Of a stretch of DNA of 64,000 nt, positions 20,033 to 29,528 are shown in pieces. Origin of the DNA: Candidatus Spongiisociaceae bacterium (GTDB taxonomy: Bacteria > Actinomycetota > Acidimicrobiia > Spongiisociales > Spongiisociaceae). The stretch spans positions 2,560,001 through 2,624,000 of the forward strand of contig CBDCOH010000002.1 of assembly GCA_965219685.1 (NCBI GenBank), in the 5' to 3' direction. Every line of letters starts with the position of its first letter. The first letter of the stretch is position 1. The notes below the pieces were generated by a model, which saw nothing but the letters and a program-made list of their open reading frames with translations, was not told where the DNA came from and did no database searches. Made by a program: the position numbers and the translations under genes.

Positions 20033-20230
20033 TTGGGTAACACCTCTTCGACCCTCCTGATGATCCCCTCCGCCGTACGTTCGTTGATGTCTCTGTGCCG
20101 TGGAATTACGAGCCGAGCACTCGAGAACCTCCAGATCTCGTGGCTGCCACCCTCGCGGATGAACTCCAACTCGACCCCCCGCCTCCTTGGCGATGACACG
20201 AAGTCGCTTGATGAGCGCACGCTTCTTCAT
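20029..20230 (-). pseudogene. HicA-like mRNase toxin with a +1 frameshift in a G6 tract
   Basis: MKKRALIKRLRVIAKEAG in one frame and VELEFIREGGSHEIW...IPRHRDINERTAEGI in another. Removing one G from 20175-20180 restores a 66-aa HicA. Confidence 0.8.
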
Positions 20231-20336
20231 GCCTCAGGGTCTCAGGTCCCCTCTCGATAGTCAAGGGTCCTGTTCAGTGACTCTCCTTCCCACATGACCG
20301 CATGGGTAGCCGTACAGGAGGATGGACGAGGACTCT

Positions 20337-20394
20337 CCAAAAGGGGAGAACCGGACGCCCTGTGGGGTGAGGGGCGGCCGGTTCTCCTATTTGG
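20337..20394 (-). terminator. Intrinsic terminator after the coxSLM-like operon
   Basis: GGAGAACCGG (20345-20354) / CCGGTTCTCC (20378-20387) stem with inner CGCCC/GGGCG, followed by CCTTTT on the minus strand. Confidence 0.65.
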
Positions 20395-20422
20395 CTGTGT
20401 TGTCTTCGGTTGTGCCGGGCGT

Positions 20423-21289
20423 CTAGCCGGCTGCGGCCAGGGCCGCTTTGATCGCGCGGGCTGCGAACAGCTGCGCCAAGTGGGTCTTGTAGTCGACCGA
20501 CCCGTACAGATCCTCCAGCACCTCGATCCCGGATGCCGCATGAGCAGCCGCCGCCTCTACAGCAGCGTCGGAACCGTCGGATCCGACCAGCGCGCCGGCA
20601 ACGTCGCCCGCCAGAACCGGGCGGTTGCCCACCCCGGTCACGGCAACGGTGGCCGCGCTGACAGAGCCGTTCGACCTCGTGACCGAAGCAGCGACACCCG
20701 CCACCGCGTAATCGGTATGACCACCCCGGCGGCCCAGCTTGTCGTAAGCCGAACCCGTACCGGCTCCAACCTTGGGAATCCGCATCTCCGTGAGGATCTC
20801 GTCGGGCTCCAGCGCGGACATCAACGTGTCCACAAAGAAATCCGCCGCCGCGATCTCCCGCGTGCCACCAGACGACGACGCCACCATCGTGGCGCCCAGC
20901 GCAAGCGCCGCGACCGGCTGGTCCGCCGCCACATCGGCATGGACCATCGACCCGCAACACGTACCCCGGTTGCGGACCTGGCGGTCGCCCGTCCAGGACG
21001 CAGCCGTGGCCAACGCCGCGCCGTGCTCTTGGACCAAGCCACTGGCCGCAACCTCGCCGTGCGTCACCAGCGCACCGATCGAGATGGAATCACCATTGTC
21101 GGTGATGTCACCCAACCCGCCGATGCCGCCGATGTCCACCACCATCTCGGGGGACAGCAGCCGCAGCTTCATCATCGGCAGCAGGCTCATGCCCCCGGCC
21201 AGCACCTTGGCGCCCGGATTGGCATCGAGAGCAGCCAGCGCCTCGTCCAAGCTGGAGGGCGCTACGTACTCGAACTGTCGTGGATACAT
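20423..21289 (-). CDS. Molybdenum hydroxylase FAD-binding subunit (CoxM/CutM-like)
   Basis: AKVLAGGMSLLPMMKLRL, IGALVTH and QVRNRGT. Confidence 0.93.
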   Translation of the reverse strand: MYPRQFEYVAPSSLDEALAALDANPGAKVLAGGMSLLPMMKLRLLSPEMVVDIGGIGGLGDITDNGDSISIGALVTHGEVAASGLVQEHGAALATAASWTGDRQVRNRGTCCGSMVHADVAADQPVAALALGATMVASSSGGTREIAAADFFVDTLMSALEPDEILTEMRIPKVGAGTGSAYDKLGRRGGHTDYAVAGVAASVTRSNGSVSAATVAVTGVGNRPVLAGDVAGALVGSDGSDAAVEAAAAHAASGIEVLEDLYGSVDYKTHLAQLFAARAIKAALAAAG

Positions 21290-21302
21290 GGGCTCCTCCT
21301 CC

Positions 21303-23678
21303 CTACGCCTGCGCGGCCTGGATCGCCTGCCAGACCCGTTGAGGCCGTAACGGCATGTCGATATGGGTCACACCCAACGACTCCAAGGCGTCCACCACCG
21401 CGTTGACAACCGTCTGCGCGGCGCCGATGGTGCCCGCCTCGCCGATGCCCTTGACACCGAGCGGGTTGATGTCGGTAGGCGTCACCGTCCGGCCCAACTC
21501 GAACGAAGGCAGGTCGACCGCAGTGGGCAGGATGTAGTCCACCAGCGAAGCCGTGAGCAGATTCCCGTCCATGTCGTAGACCGCATCCTCGAACATGGCC
21601 TGGCCGACGCCCTGGGCGATACCCCCGTGGATCTGACCGTCCACGATCATCGGGCTGATCACATTCCCGCAGTCGTCCATCCCGATGTAACGCAGGAGCT
21701 TCACATCCCCCGTATCCGGATCCACCTCTACCATGGCGATATGCGTCCCGAACGGCCAGGTGGCATTACCGGGACTGAAGATGGCATGCGCCTCCAAGCC
21801 ACCCTCCAGACCATCCGGCAGGAGATGAGGCTGGTAGGCCGTCTTGGCGATCTCGTCCCAGCTCACCGAGCTGTCGGTCCCGACCACCTGGGCGCCGCCG
21901 TCGGCGAACTCGATGTCGTCCTCCGACGCTTCGAGCAGGTGGGCCGCGATTCTGGCGGCCTTGGCCTGAACCTTCTGAGTGGCCTCGTAGCAGGCGGAGC
22001 CATCCACCGCTGCGGACCTGGACCCGAAAGTGCCGATGCTGGGAGGGGACTCCTCGGTGTCGCCGTGGATGACCCGGATCCTGTCGACATCCATTCCGAG
22101 GCCGTCCCCGACTATCTGTGCCCAGGTCGTCTGGTGACCCTGGCCGGACGGACCCGTGCCGATGGAGACGGTGGCTGAACCGTCCGGGTGCACCCGGACC
22201 AGGCTCGAACCGTTGAATGCCGACGGCATCTGGTACTCGGCCCACGAGAAGCCTAGGTCTACGAGGCCCGAAGGTCCGAAACCACACACCTCGACGTAGG
22301 TTGCGAGACCGACCCCTACATGTCGACCCTCGGCGCGAGCGGCATCCCGCTCGGCCAGCAGGCCGGACCAGCCGGCCGACTCGAGGGCCGCATCCAGGTT
22401 GGTCTCATAGTCCCCGGTGTCCATGGCGAAGCCCATGGGCGACACCGCGGCGGGGAAGTCTGAAGCCGGTATGTAGTTCTTGCGCCGAACCTCGGCCGGG
22501 TCCATCCCGATCTTCCTCGCGTACATGTCGAGGATCCGCTCCAGGTAGTAGGCGGCCTCCGGACGGCCCGCGCCCCGGTAGGCGTCGGTGGTCATGGTAT
22601 GGGTCACCACGCAGTCCATCTTCCAGTGGGTGGGGAAGGAGTACTGGCCCGACCCCACGAACACCCCGAGGAACGGGATGGCAACGGTGAAGTTCTGCGA
22701 GTAGGCACCCATATCGGCGATGCCTTCCAACTCGAATCCGAGAATCTCACCGTCCGTCGTACCGGTCATGGTGGCGGTGGCGATCCAACCGCGTCCCTGG
22801 ATGGTCGAGTTGGCCGCCTCGCGGCGGGTCTCGGTCCACTTGACCGGGCATCCCAGTTGCTTGGAGGCGAAGGCCACGAGGACCTCGTCGTTGTATACGT
22901 TGAGCTTGCAGCCGAAACCGCCTCCCACCTCCATCGCCTTGACGGTCACCTGGTTGAGCGCCATGCCGAAGTACTTGCCGATGGCGCCGGCCAGAGCCGA
23001 CGGGATCTGGGTGGACGAGTAGATGTCGAAGCGCCCGTAACCGATCTGGTAGTCGGCGAGGACGGAGCGAGGCTCGATGGGCACCGGGATGAGCCGCTGG
23101 TTGGTCATCTCCTGGGTGACGACCACCACATCGTCCCTGGACTTCTCGGCATCGATGCCAGCCTGCACAGCCGCCAAGCCGTCGGCGTCGGCGCCGAAAG
23201 GACCGGTCCAGGAAACCAGGGTGTTCGAACCGAGATCGTCGTGGACCAGCATCTCGTCGCTCAACGAGTGCTTCAGGTCCACGACCGCCGCCAGGGCGTC
23301 GTAGTCGACATCCACCGCATCGGCGGCGTCACGGGCAATGTACGGGTCCTCCGCCACCACCATGGCCACCGCTTCGCCGACATGTTTCACAGTGCCGTTG
23401 TTGAGCAGCGGCCGCAGAGCCCCGACCGGTGCCTGGGCTACCAGCAGCCCTAGGTGCTCGACATCGGCTCCCGTATAGACGGCCAGCACGCCGTCCATGG
23501 ATTCGGCTGCGGACGTGTCGACCGAAAGAACGTTGGCGTGAGCGAACGGGCTCCGGACGAAAGCCGCATGGGCAGTACCGGCCAGCTTCACATCGTCGGT
23601 GTAGCGACCGCCGCCCTGGATCAGCGCAGGATCCTCACGGCGCCTTACGACACCGCCAAGCACACTCGTTGAGCTCAT
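21303..23678 (-). CDS. Molybdenum hydroxylase large subunit (form II CoxL / xanthine dehydrogenase family)
   Basis: [44 protein letters not shown] and GVKGIGE. Start at ATG 23678 (ATGA overlap with the small subunit). Confidence 0.93.
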   Translation of the reverse strand: MSSTSVLGGVVRRREDPALIQGGGRYTDDVKLAGTAHAAFVRSPFAHANVLSVDTSAAESMDGVLAVYTGADVEHLGLLVAQAPVGALRPLLNNGTVKHVGEAVAMVVAEDPYIARDAADAVDVDYDALAAVVDLKHSLSDEMLVHDDLGSNTLVSWTGPFGADADGLAAVQAGIDAEKSRDDVVVVTQEMTNQRLIPVPIEPRSVLADYQIGYGRFDIYSSTQIPSALAGAIGKYFGMALNQVTVKAMEVGGGFGCKLNVYNDEVLVAFASKQLGCPVKWTETRREAANSTIQGRGWIATATMTGTTDGEILGFELEGIADMGAYSQNFTVAIPFLGVFVGSGQYSFPTHWKMDCVVTHTMTTDAYRGAGRPEAAYYLERILDMYARKIGMDPAEVRRKNYIPASDFPAAVSPMGFAMDTGDYETNLDAALESAGWSGLLAERDAARAEGRHVGVGLATYVEVCGFGPSGLVDLGFSWAEYQMPSAFNGSSLVRVHPDGSATVSIGTGPSGQGHQTTWAQIVGDGLGMDVDRIRVIHGDTEESPPSIGTFGSRSAAVDGSACYEATQKVQAKAARIAAHLLEASEDDIEFADGGAQVVGTDSSVSWDEIAKTAYQPHLLPDGLEGGLEAHAIFSPGNATWPFGTHIAMVEVDPDTGDVKLLRYIGMDDCGNVISPMIVDGQIHGGIAQGVGQAMFEDAVYDMDGNLLTASLVDYILPTAVDLPSFELGRTVTPTDINPLGVKGIGEAGTIGAAQTVVNAVVDALESLGVTHIDMPLRPQRVWQAIQAAQA

Positions 23679-24172
23679 GCGTTCTCCCATTCCGCCGGGG
23701 CGGGTTCTTCGCCGCGCATCTTGGCGCCGGCGTACTCGATCGCCCGCACGATGTTGTGGTACCCGGTGCAGCGGCAGAGGTTGCCCTCGATGCCGCGCCG
23801 GATTTCCTCTTCTGAAGGATCGGCATTCTCTTCGAGGAGGGTCACCGCCGACATGATCATGCCCGGGGTGCAGAATCCGCACTGGAGACCGTGACGTTCC
23901 CAGAACCCCTCCTGAACCGGATGCAACTCGCCGTTCTGGGCGAGGCCTTCGACAGTGGTGACGTCGGCGCCCTCGGCCTGGACGGCCAGCATGGTGCAGG
24001 AGAGAACCGCCTTACCGTCCAACTTGACGGTACAGGCGCCGCAGTATGAGGTCTCGCACCCCACATGGGTCCCCGTCAACCGCAGATCCTCTCGTAAGAA
24101 ATGGACGAGCAGGGTACGGGGCTCCACATCCCCCGAGACCTGCCGCCCGTTGACCGACATGGATACCTGCAT
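23675..24172 (-). CDS. Molybdenum hydroxylase [2Fe-2S] subunit (CoxS-like)
   Basis: [20 protein letters not shown] and [19 protein letters not shown]. Confidence 0.95.
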   Translation of the reverse strand: MQVSMSVNGRQVSGDVEPRTLLVHFLREDLRLTGTHVGCETSYCGACTVKLDGKAVLSCTMLAVQAEGADVTTVEGLAQNGELHPVQEGFWERHGLQCGFCTPGMIMSAVTLLEENADPSEEEIRRGIEGNLCRCTGYHNIVRAIEYAGAKMRGEEPAPAEWENA

Positions 24173-24491
24173 ACAGGGTCTCCTTTCGACGCGGGTCGCT
24201 GTCCCGAAACTATCAAAATGCCGAACGCCCTGTCGGGACCAGGCGCCGGTTTCCTTTCCACCGGCCCGGGCTCGAAGCTCGGGCCTCCTGCTTCCGGTTT
24301 AGAGAACCGCCGGCCTCAGGGGCCGGACTGCCGACATGTCGAACGTGTCCGGCCGTTGTGCCGACGATAGCCGAAGTCGAGGCACCGCACCCCGTCCAGG
24401 AAGGCAAATCCGACGGAGCAAGGCCGGACGATTGGCCGCGGTCCCCTCTCGTCCACATACCCACCCTGATGGCATCGGACCGGCCAGGGAA

Positions 24492-25364
24492 TCAGTTCCC
24501 GGCTCGGATGACCTCGGACGCTATGCGCTCGGCGATCTGGTATTGCTCCGGGCGGGGCTGATCGAGGATGAACTCGTTGACACCCACCTCCGAGAACATA
24601 CCGACCACCTCGGAAAAAGCGTCAAGACTCGACCATGGGTCGGGTAGGCCGCTGGAGGCCATCGCCGAGGCCCATCCGTAAAGGGATCGGGTGATCTCCT
24701 CGGGATCTCGGCCGATCTCGAGACATGCCCGATCCAGTATCCGGTTTCGCTCCGCCATCTCCCGGACGGTCCCGGTCGAGTTCCACCGGTCCGCGTACTC
24801 TGCGCAGATCCTGAGCATGCGGGGTCGGTGGGCGCCGAGCGTCAGTGGTGGCCGGGGAGACTGGAGGGGCGGTGGGCGCAGTTGCGCGTCTTCGAGCCGG
24901 TAATAGCGACCTTCGTATGTGGTGATCCGGCCGCGCGCCAGCGAATCGATGACTTCGACCGCCTCCCTGAACCTGGCCACCCGCACAGGCGGGTCCTCCA
25001 ACGGTATGCCGAACCGCTGGTGTTCCGGCTCGAACCACCCGGCCCCCAGACCCAACTCCAGGCGTCCCTCCGAGATGTGGTCGATGGTGATGGCCTGCTG
25101 GGCGACGAGCGCCGGGTGCCGGAAGGTGTTGCTGCTGACCAGCACCCCCACCCTGATCCTCTCGGTCTCGGCGGCCAGCGCAGCCAGAAGGGTCCATCCT
25201 TCGAAGTAGGGACTGGAAGGGTTGCTGGGCCGAACGAAGTGGTCACAATCCCAGATACTGTCGAACCCCAACTCCTCGAAGTAGCGCCACCGCTCCGCCA
25301 TGACGGGATACGGTGCAGTCTGATCAGTACAGATCCCGAAGCGTATGCCCGTGTCCGTCACCAC
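24492..25364 (-). CDS. LLM-class flavin/F420-dependent oxidoreductase
   Basis: GFDSIWDCDHF, EGWTLLAALAAET, RHPAL, ISEGRLELGLGAGW and YADRWN. Confidence 0.9.
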   Translation of the reverse strand: MVTDTGIRFGICTDQTAPYPVMAERWRYFEELGFDSIWDCDHFVRPSNPSSPYFEGWTLLAALAAETERIRVGVLVSSNTFRHPALVAQQAITIDHISEGRLELGLGAGWFEPEHQRFGIPLEDPPVRVARFREAVEVIDSLARGRITTYEGRYYRLEDAQLRPPPLQSPRPPLTLGAHRPRMLRICAEYADRWNSTGTVREMAERNRILDRACLEIGRDPEEITRSLYGWASAMASSGLPDPWSSLDAFSEVVGMFSEVGVNEFILDQPRPEQYQIAERIASEVIRAGN

Positions 25365-25555
25365 TTACAAAGCCCCTCTCTCCTGTGGGACGCGAGGATA
25401 GACAGGCAGGATCATCAACTGCGGCGGCTCAAACCCGTCGCTGTGGTCCGGTTTCGAGCACGACGACGAAAAGAGCGGGCCATCCCCCACCGGACCGATC
25501 ACGATCGGTTGGTGGTGAACGGCCCGCAGCCGTTTCGGTCCAACGGACCCTTTGC

Positions 25556-25753
25556 TTACCCGAGGGCGAAGAAGGCAAGCACGCCGGCGATGCCGACGAT
25601 CACGTAGAGGATCCTGGAGATGGCGTTCGTCTCCCCGAACTTACCGGCCGTGGTAATGGCCGCCACCAGATCGAATCCGAACAACCCGACCAAACCCCAG
25701 TTGATGGCGCCGATCGCCGCCAGCACTACCCCAATGTTCACAAGGGCGTCCAT
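25556..25753 (-). CDS. DUF378 family small membrane protein
   Basis: IGAINWGLVGLFGFDLVAAI...SRILYVIVGIAG. AAGGAGG RBS. Confidence 0.9.
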   Translation of the reverse strand: MDALVNIGVVLAAIGAINWGLVGLFGFDLVAAITTAGKFGETNAISRILYVIVGIAGVLAFFALG

Positions 25754-25824
25754 CGTTCCTCCTTGTCGAGATGACCGAGCAAGTAGCTCACTTTTGTCAG
25801 ACTAGCGACACCCCGACCCTATGT

Positions 25825-25990
25825 CGGCAGAAACCCGGATTTGATTCAGGGGAGGCTGTGGCGTGAGCGTCTGATCAGCCCTGCAACCAGAGGTGGGTAG
25901 CCGGAAGCCGGTAGCTGATGATCAATGGTTGGCGTGAGATCGGGTCATTGTCCAGCCTTGGAAGCGCTGTCCGGGTTTCACGTCGTGCCG
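25825..25990. ncRNA. Candidate structured non-coding RNA (rod-like, unassigned)
   Basis: Nested inverted repeats GAAACCCGGA/TCCGGGTTTC, AGGCTG/CAGCCT, CTGATC/GATCGG and CAACCA/TGGTTG in a region with no credible ORF. Confidence 0.3.
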
Positions 25991-26061
25991 GGAAGTGCCT
26001 CACATACAGAAGATTGGGAACCCGCGGCAAAGAGTGTTGCCATCGCCAACCTGTTGGCCGT

Positions 26062-26580
26062 TCACAGTTCCTGCCATCGCCTTCCGTCGTTCGGTCCGCG
26101 CTCTTGGACCTGATCCGCCAGCGCCTCTATTAGATCATCCTGAACCTCGGTCAGGTAGACGAGGAGCGCCATCTCGGGCTGAGGTCTACGGCGGTCCCCG
26201 ATCCCAGTCCCCCACCCTTCCTCCTCGATCCCGAGCCGGGCAGCCAGCACCAGCCGGGTCTCGTTGATGACCATCAACCAGGAGTCGGCCTCGGCAGGGT
26301 CGAGTCGCACCGAACCGCGGCGGGCAGCTTCGAGCGACGATGCAACCACGGCCCGGTCCAGCCTCCGGTGCTTGTCCAGTTCCGGATCCATGAGCCGTCC
26401 GTATTCGGCCTGAGCTTCTCGATCCTCCGGATAAGCCGCCACCGACAGGCGCTCTACGGCGGGATCCCCGTCGCCGCTCCCGACTGACGAGAGCACCGGC
26501 ATCATCAGGGCGAGCGCGTCGACCTCCTCGCCGCGAAGTTTCAACTCGATGCCACCGGACCGCGGGCGGAAGCGCCTCAT
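26062..26580 (-). CDS. DUF2017-like protein (clpS-associated)
   Basis: DPAVERL..AAY.ED..A.AEY, WL..INETRLVLA.RLGI and YLTEVQDDLIEAL. Coupled to clpS, as is usual in Actinobacteria. Confidence 0.8.
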   Translation of the reverse strand: MRRFRPRSGGIELKLRGEEVDALALMMPVLSSVGSGDGDPAVERLSVAAYPEDREAQAEYGRLMDPELDKHRRLDRAVVASSLEAARRGSVRLDPAEADSWLMVINETRLVLAARLGIEEEGWGTGIGDRRRPQPEMALLVYLTEVQDDLIEALADQVQERGPNDGRRWQEL

Positions 26581-26903
26581 CAGGCCCGCTCGATGGTGGC
26601 CCAGAGGGAGTGGCGATGCAGGGTGTAGCAGTCGATCTCCGCCTTCTCCCGGGGAGCGGTGTTGACCACCGACCGTCCCTCATGGTGGACTTCCAGCATG
26701 AGGCGGGTTGCCTTCTCCTCGGAGAATCCGAACACCTTCCGGAATACCAGAACCACGTAGGACATCAGGTTTACAGGATCGTTCCAGACCACCACGTTCC
26801 ACCCTCGATCGAGGTCCACCTTCTCATCGGTCTCCGGCAGATCGATGATCCCGGGCAGGACCGTTGACTGCGCGAAGGGATTTGTCGCGGAAGGCACGTT
26901 CAT
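26580..26903 (-). CDS. clpS: ATP-dependent Clp protease adaptor ClpS
   Basis: WNVVVWNDPVNLMSYV..VF..VFG...A..LMLEVHHEGR...LH...LWATI. Confidence 0.93.
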   Translation of the reverse strand: MNVPSATNPFAQSTVLPGIIDLPETDEKVDLDRGWNVVVWNDPVNLMSYVVLVFRKVFGFSEEKATRLMLEVHHEGRSVVNTAPREKAEIDCYTLHRHSLWATIERA

Positions 26904-26989
26904 GTTCCTAGGGTATTCGCAAGCCCGGTTCAAGGCTTCGGATTGCGAACCCCTTGCCGGGAGCGTCCTGATCGGGCACCTTGTGGGGC

Positions 26990-27229
26990 ATGAGCAATCC
27001 ACATACCCATGACCCATCCATCCATACGGCTACGGCTCCCATGCGCCGCACCCTGAGGGAGTCCCTGATCGAAGCCGAGCAGTTGCGGCATCCGGTCCGG
27101 CTGGTGACAGCCGGCGGCCGCTCGGTGACCGGGGTCCTGACCGAGGTCGGGATCGACTTCGCCGAGGTACAGACCGAAGACCGCCCGGTCGACATAGCCC
27201 TCTTCTACATCGAGAGCGTCTCGTGGTGA
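26990..27229 (+). CDS. Small hypothetical protein, possible Sm/LSm-like beta-barrel
   Basis: One helix, then strand pattern VRLVT.GG.SVTGVL.EVG.DF.EV...VDIAL..IESV. Codon usage is coding-like. Confidence 0.6.
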   Translation: MSNPHTHDPSIHTATAPMRRTLRESLIEAEQLRHPVRLVTAGGRSVTGVLTEVGIDFAEVQTEDRPVDIALFYIESVSW

Positions 27230-27289
27230 GGAAACCCACGCACGAGTCGGTACCCCCTTATGCCACAACCGGGACAGTCCTGCCGGGCG

Positions 27290-28231
27290 TCATTTCGAGC
27301 GCCCTCGGATCTCGGCCAGCAACTGCTCGATCCGCTCCGAACGAGGGAAGGAAGATTGGGTTCCGGGCCGGGTAACGCTGTCAGCCGCACAGGCATTGCC
27401 GAGGCGAACCGCGTCGCGCTCTCCCAGACCCGTGGCGAGCCCGACCACGAAAGCGCCGACGAAGGCATCGCCGGCGCCGGTCGTGTCAACCGGATCCACC
27501 CTCGGCGCCGGAAGGCGCTCGACCCGGTCGAATCCGGCCGACACCAGCGCTGCCCCGTCTTCACCGAGCGTGACGACGAGGCGAGTGGCGGTCTCTTCCG
27601 CGAAGGCTGCGAGGGCACGGTCCGAGTCCGGAGACTCGCCGGTCAGCGTCTCGAACTCCACCTCGTTGGGAATCAGCCAATCGGTCAACTCCAGCAGGTC
27701 GCTCGATAGGGCGGCGGCGGGCGCCGGGTTCAGGACCGTGGTCGCCCCGGTCGTCCGAGCTGCTCGGAACCCGGCCGCGGTTACCTCCTGGGGTATCTCG
27801 AGCTGTCCGACAACCGCCGCTGCGTCCGGCGTCTGCCTGACCGATCGAGCAGCCTGATCACCGGTCAACTCGTGGTTGGCTCCGGGAATGATGATGATCC
27901 GGTTGCTTCCATCCGCCTCGACCCAGATCGGTGCCACCCCGCTGGCCCCCGCGACCCGATACACGTTGGCGGTATCTATACCGAACGCCGCGAAGTTCTC
28001 GAGTGTCATATCGCCGTAGGCATCGGTCCCCAGGCAATTGACCATGACGACCTCTGCCCCCAGCAGACGCGCCATCACCGCCTGGTTGGCCCCCTTCCCG
28101 CCGAACCCCATCTGGAATCGCTCCCCGACGAGGGTCTCCCCGGACTCCGGGAGTCTCGATGCGTAGGCGACCAGGTCGATCATGGTCGAACCGACTACCA
28201 CAACGGTGGGTGGCTTGGGATCCGTAGTCAT
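27290..28231 (-). CDS. rbsK: Ribokinase
   Basis: VVGSTMIDL, GGKGANQA, QLEIP, LNPAPA, PNEVE and DTTGAGDAF. Confidence 0.92.
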   Translation of the reverse strand: MTTDPKPPTVVVVGSTMIDLVAYASRLPESGETLVGERFQMGFGGKGANQAVMARLLGAEVVMVNCLGTDAYGDMTLENFAAFGIDTANVYRVAGASGVAPIWVEADGSNRIIIIPGANHELTGDQAARSVRQTPDAAAVVGQLEIPQEVTAAGFRAARTTGATTVLNPAPAAALSSDLLELTDWLIPNEVEFETLTGESPDSDRALAAFAEETATRLVVTLGEDGAALVSAGFDRVERLPAPRVDPVDTTGAGDAFVGAFVVGLATGLGERDAVRLGNACAADSVTRPGTQSSFPRSERIEQLLAEIRGRSK

Positions 28232-28285
28232 GGAGCCTCCTCGCTGGCTGTCTACCCGATTTCGCAGAACGAATCCGGATTCGGG

Positions 28286-28336
28286 TTGACGCTTTCACAT
28301 CATATGCTATACAGTTTCTGAAAACGTTGTCAGAAA
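28286..28336 (+). promoter_or_regulatory. Housekeeping-type promoter with overlapping LacI-family operator
   Basis: -35 TTGACG (28286-28291) and -10 region TATACAGT (28308-28315), then the near-perfect 22-bp palindrome TTTCTGAAAACGTTGTCAGAAA (28315-28336) with central CG. Confidence 0.8.
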
Positions 28337-28394
28337 AGGTCGTGCACCTGAACTGGGCCCAGGAGTTCTCCAGGTCGAAGAGGAGCCGGTTGGA

Positions 28395-29435
28395 TTGAGA
28401 GCTGCGACCATCGCAGATGTAGCCGGGGAGGCGGGAGTTTCCGTTTCGACCGTGTCGCGTCACCTACGAGGTGACCGGGTGCTCGCGGCCGAACGCATCG
28501 ACCGCGCCATCGCCCACCTTCGTTACCGGCCGAGCCCCGCCGCGCAGTCGCTCAAGTCGGGAAAGACCGGCGCGATCGCACTCGTGGTACCAGACGTTGC
28601 CAACCCGTTCTTCGCGGCGGTTGTCCGTGGGGCGGAGAGCATTACCGCCCAGGGTGGCCACACCATTTTTCTGGCCAACACGGACGAGAACGACGACCGG
28701 GAGGCGGAAGTGGTCGAAGACCTGCTCACCCGGGTCGACGGCATGCTCCTCGCTCCGGCCAGCGAGAACAACCCGACCCCGCAACGGTTGGCGGATGCCG
28801 GCGTGCCGACCGTCCTCATCGATCGCGAGGCACCGTCCACCAGCGGTTTCGATGCGGTGCTGGTCGACAACTACGGAGGAGCTCGGTCCGCTGTGGAACA
28901 TCTGGTGGCGAACGGTCATGAACGGATTGCGACCATCGCCGGATCCGTCGACTCGACCCCCGGCCGTCTCCGTCTCGAGGGGTACCGGGCGACGCTGGCC
29001 GCCGAAGCGATCGAACCTCCGCCCGACTTCGTGCAGTTGGGGGGATTCATGGAGCATGGTGGCTACCAGTCGATGATGCGGTTGCTGGCGCTTCCCGACC
29101 CACCAACCGCAGTTTTCGTAGCCAACAACCTGATGACGATCGGTGCCTTGAGAGCCGTCAAGGACATCGGGGTACGGATACCCGACGATCTCTCGGTTAT
29201 CGGTTTCGACGACCACCCGTTCTCCGAGATCCTCGATCCTCCTCTCACCGTCATCGACCGTCCGATGGAGCAGCAAGGTGCCCTGGCCATGAGGATGCTG
29301 CTGTCCAGGATGGACGAGGCCTCGGTCCGGATGCCGAGGCGTGTCGTCCTCGACACGTCATTGATAGAAAGAGGGTCCTGCGGGCCCCCGCGGAGTGCAC
29401 CGATGGGCACTGGCGCCAGGGCCGGCGACGTTTGA
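28395..29435 (+). CDS. LacI-family transcriptional regulator
   Basis: TIADVAGEAGVSVSTVSR HTH, NPFF, GHERIA, NNLMTIG, IPDDLSVIGFDD and LIERGS. AGGAG RBS with TTG start. Confidence 0.95.
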   Translation: MRAATIADVAGEAGVSVSTVSRHLRGDRVLAAERIDRAIAHLRYRPSPAAQSLKSGKTGAIALVVPDVANPFFAAVVRGAESITAQGGHTIFLANTDENDDREAEVVEDLLTRVDGMLLAPASENNPTPQRLADAGVPTVLIDREAPSTSGFDAVLVDNYGGARSAVEHLVANGHERIATIAGSVDSTPGRLRLEGYRATLAAEAIEPPPDFVQLGGFMEHGGYQSMMRLLALPDPPTAVFVANNLMTIGALRAVKDIGVRIPDDLSVIGFDDHPFSEILDPPLTVIDRPMEQQGALAMRMLLSRMDEASVRMPRRVVLDTSLIERGSCGPPRSAPMGTGARAGDV

Positions 29436-29528
29436 AATGTCAACCCGGGTAGCTGCAACCGATCCGACCCCGCCGGGGACGGTCGGTATGCAGACGAAGA
29501 AAGTCAACAATCGAGTTAAGGAGAGAGA

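Noticed and set aside
21303-23678. Call as bona fide aerobic CO dehydrogenase (form I coxL)
   Set aside because: The active-site motif is AYRGAGR, not AYxCSFR, and the gene order is S-L-M.
23679-23882. N-terminal extension of the large Mo subunit
   Set aside because: It overlaps the [2Fe-2S] subunit out of frame. The ATGA coupling at 23675-23678 gives the natural start.
24173-24491. Moco riboswitch upstream of the coxS-like gene
   Set aside because: Some hairpins are present (GTCCCGA/TCGGGAC), but I see no anti-SD CCUCC pairing or recognisable Moco motif.
26910-26954. Inverted repeat TTCGCAA...TTGCGAA upstream of clpS as a ClgR site
   Set aside because: The spacing does not fit the CGC-N5-GCG consensus. 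It is left as an unassigned hairpin.
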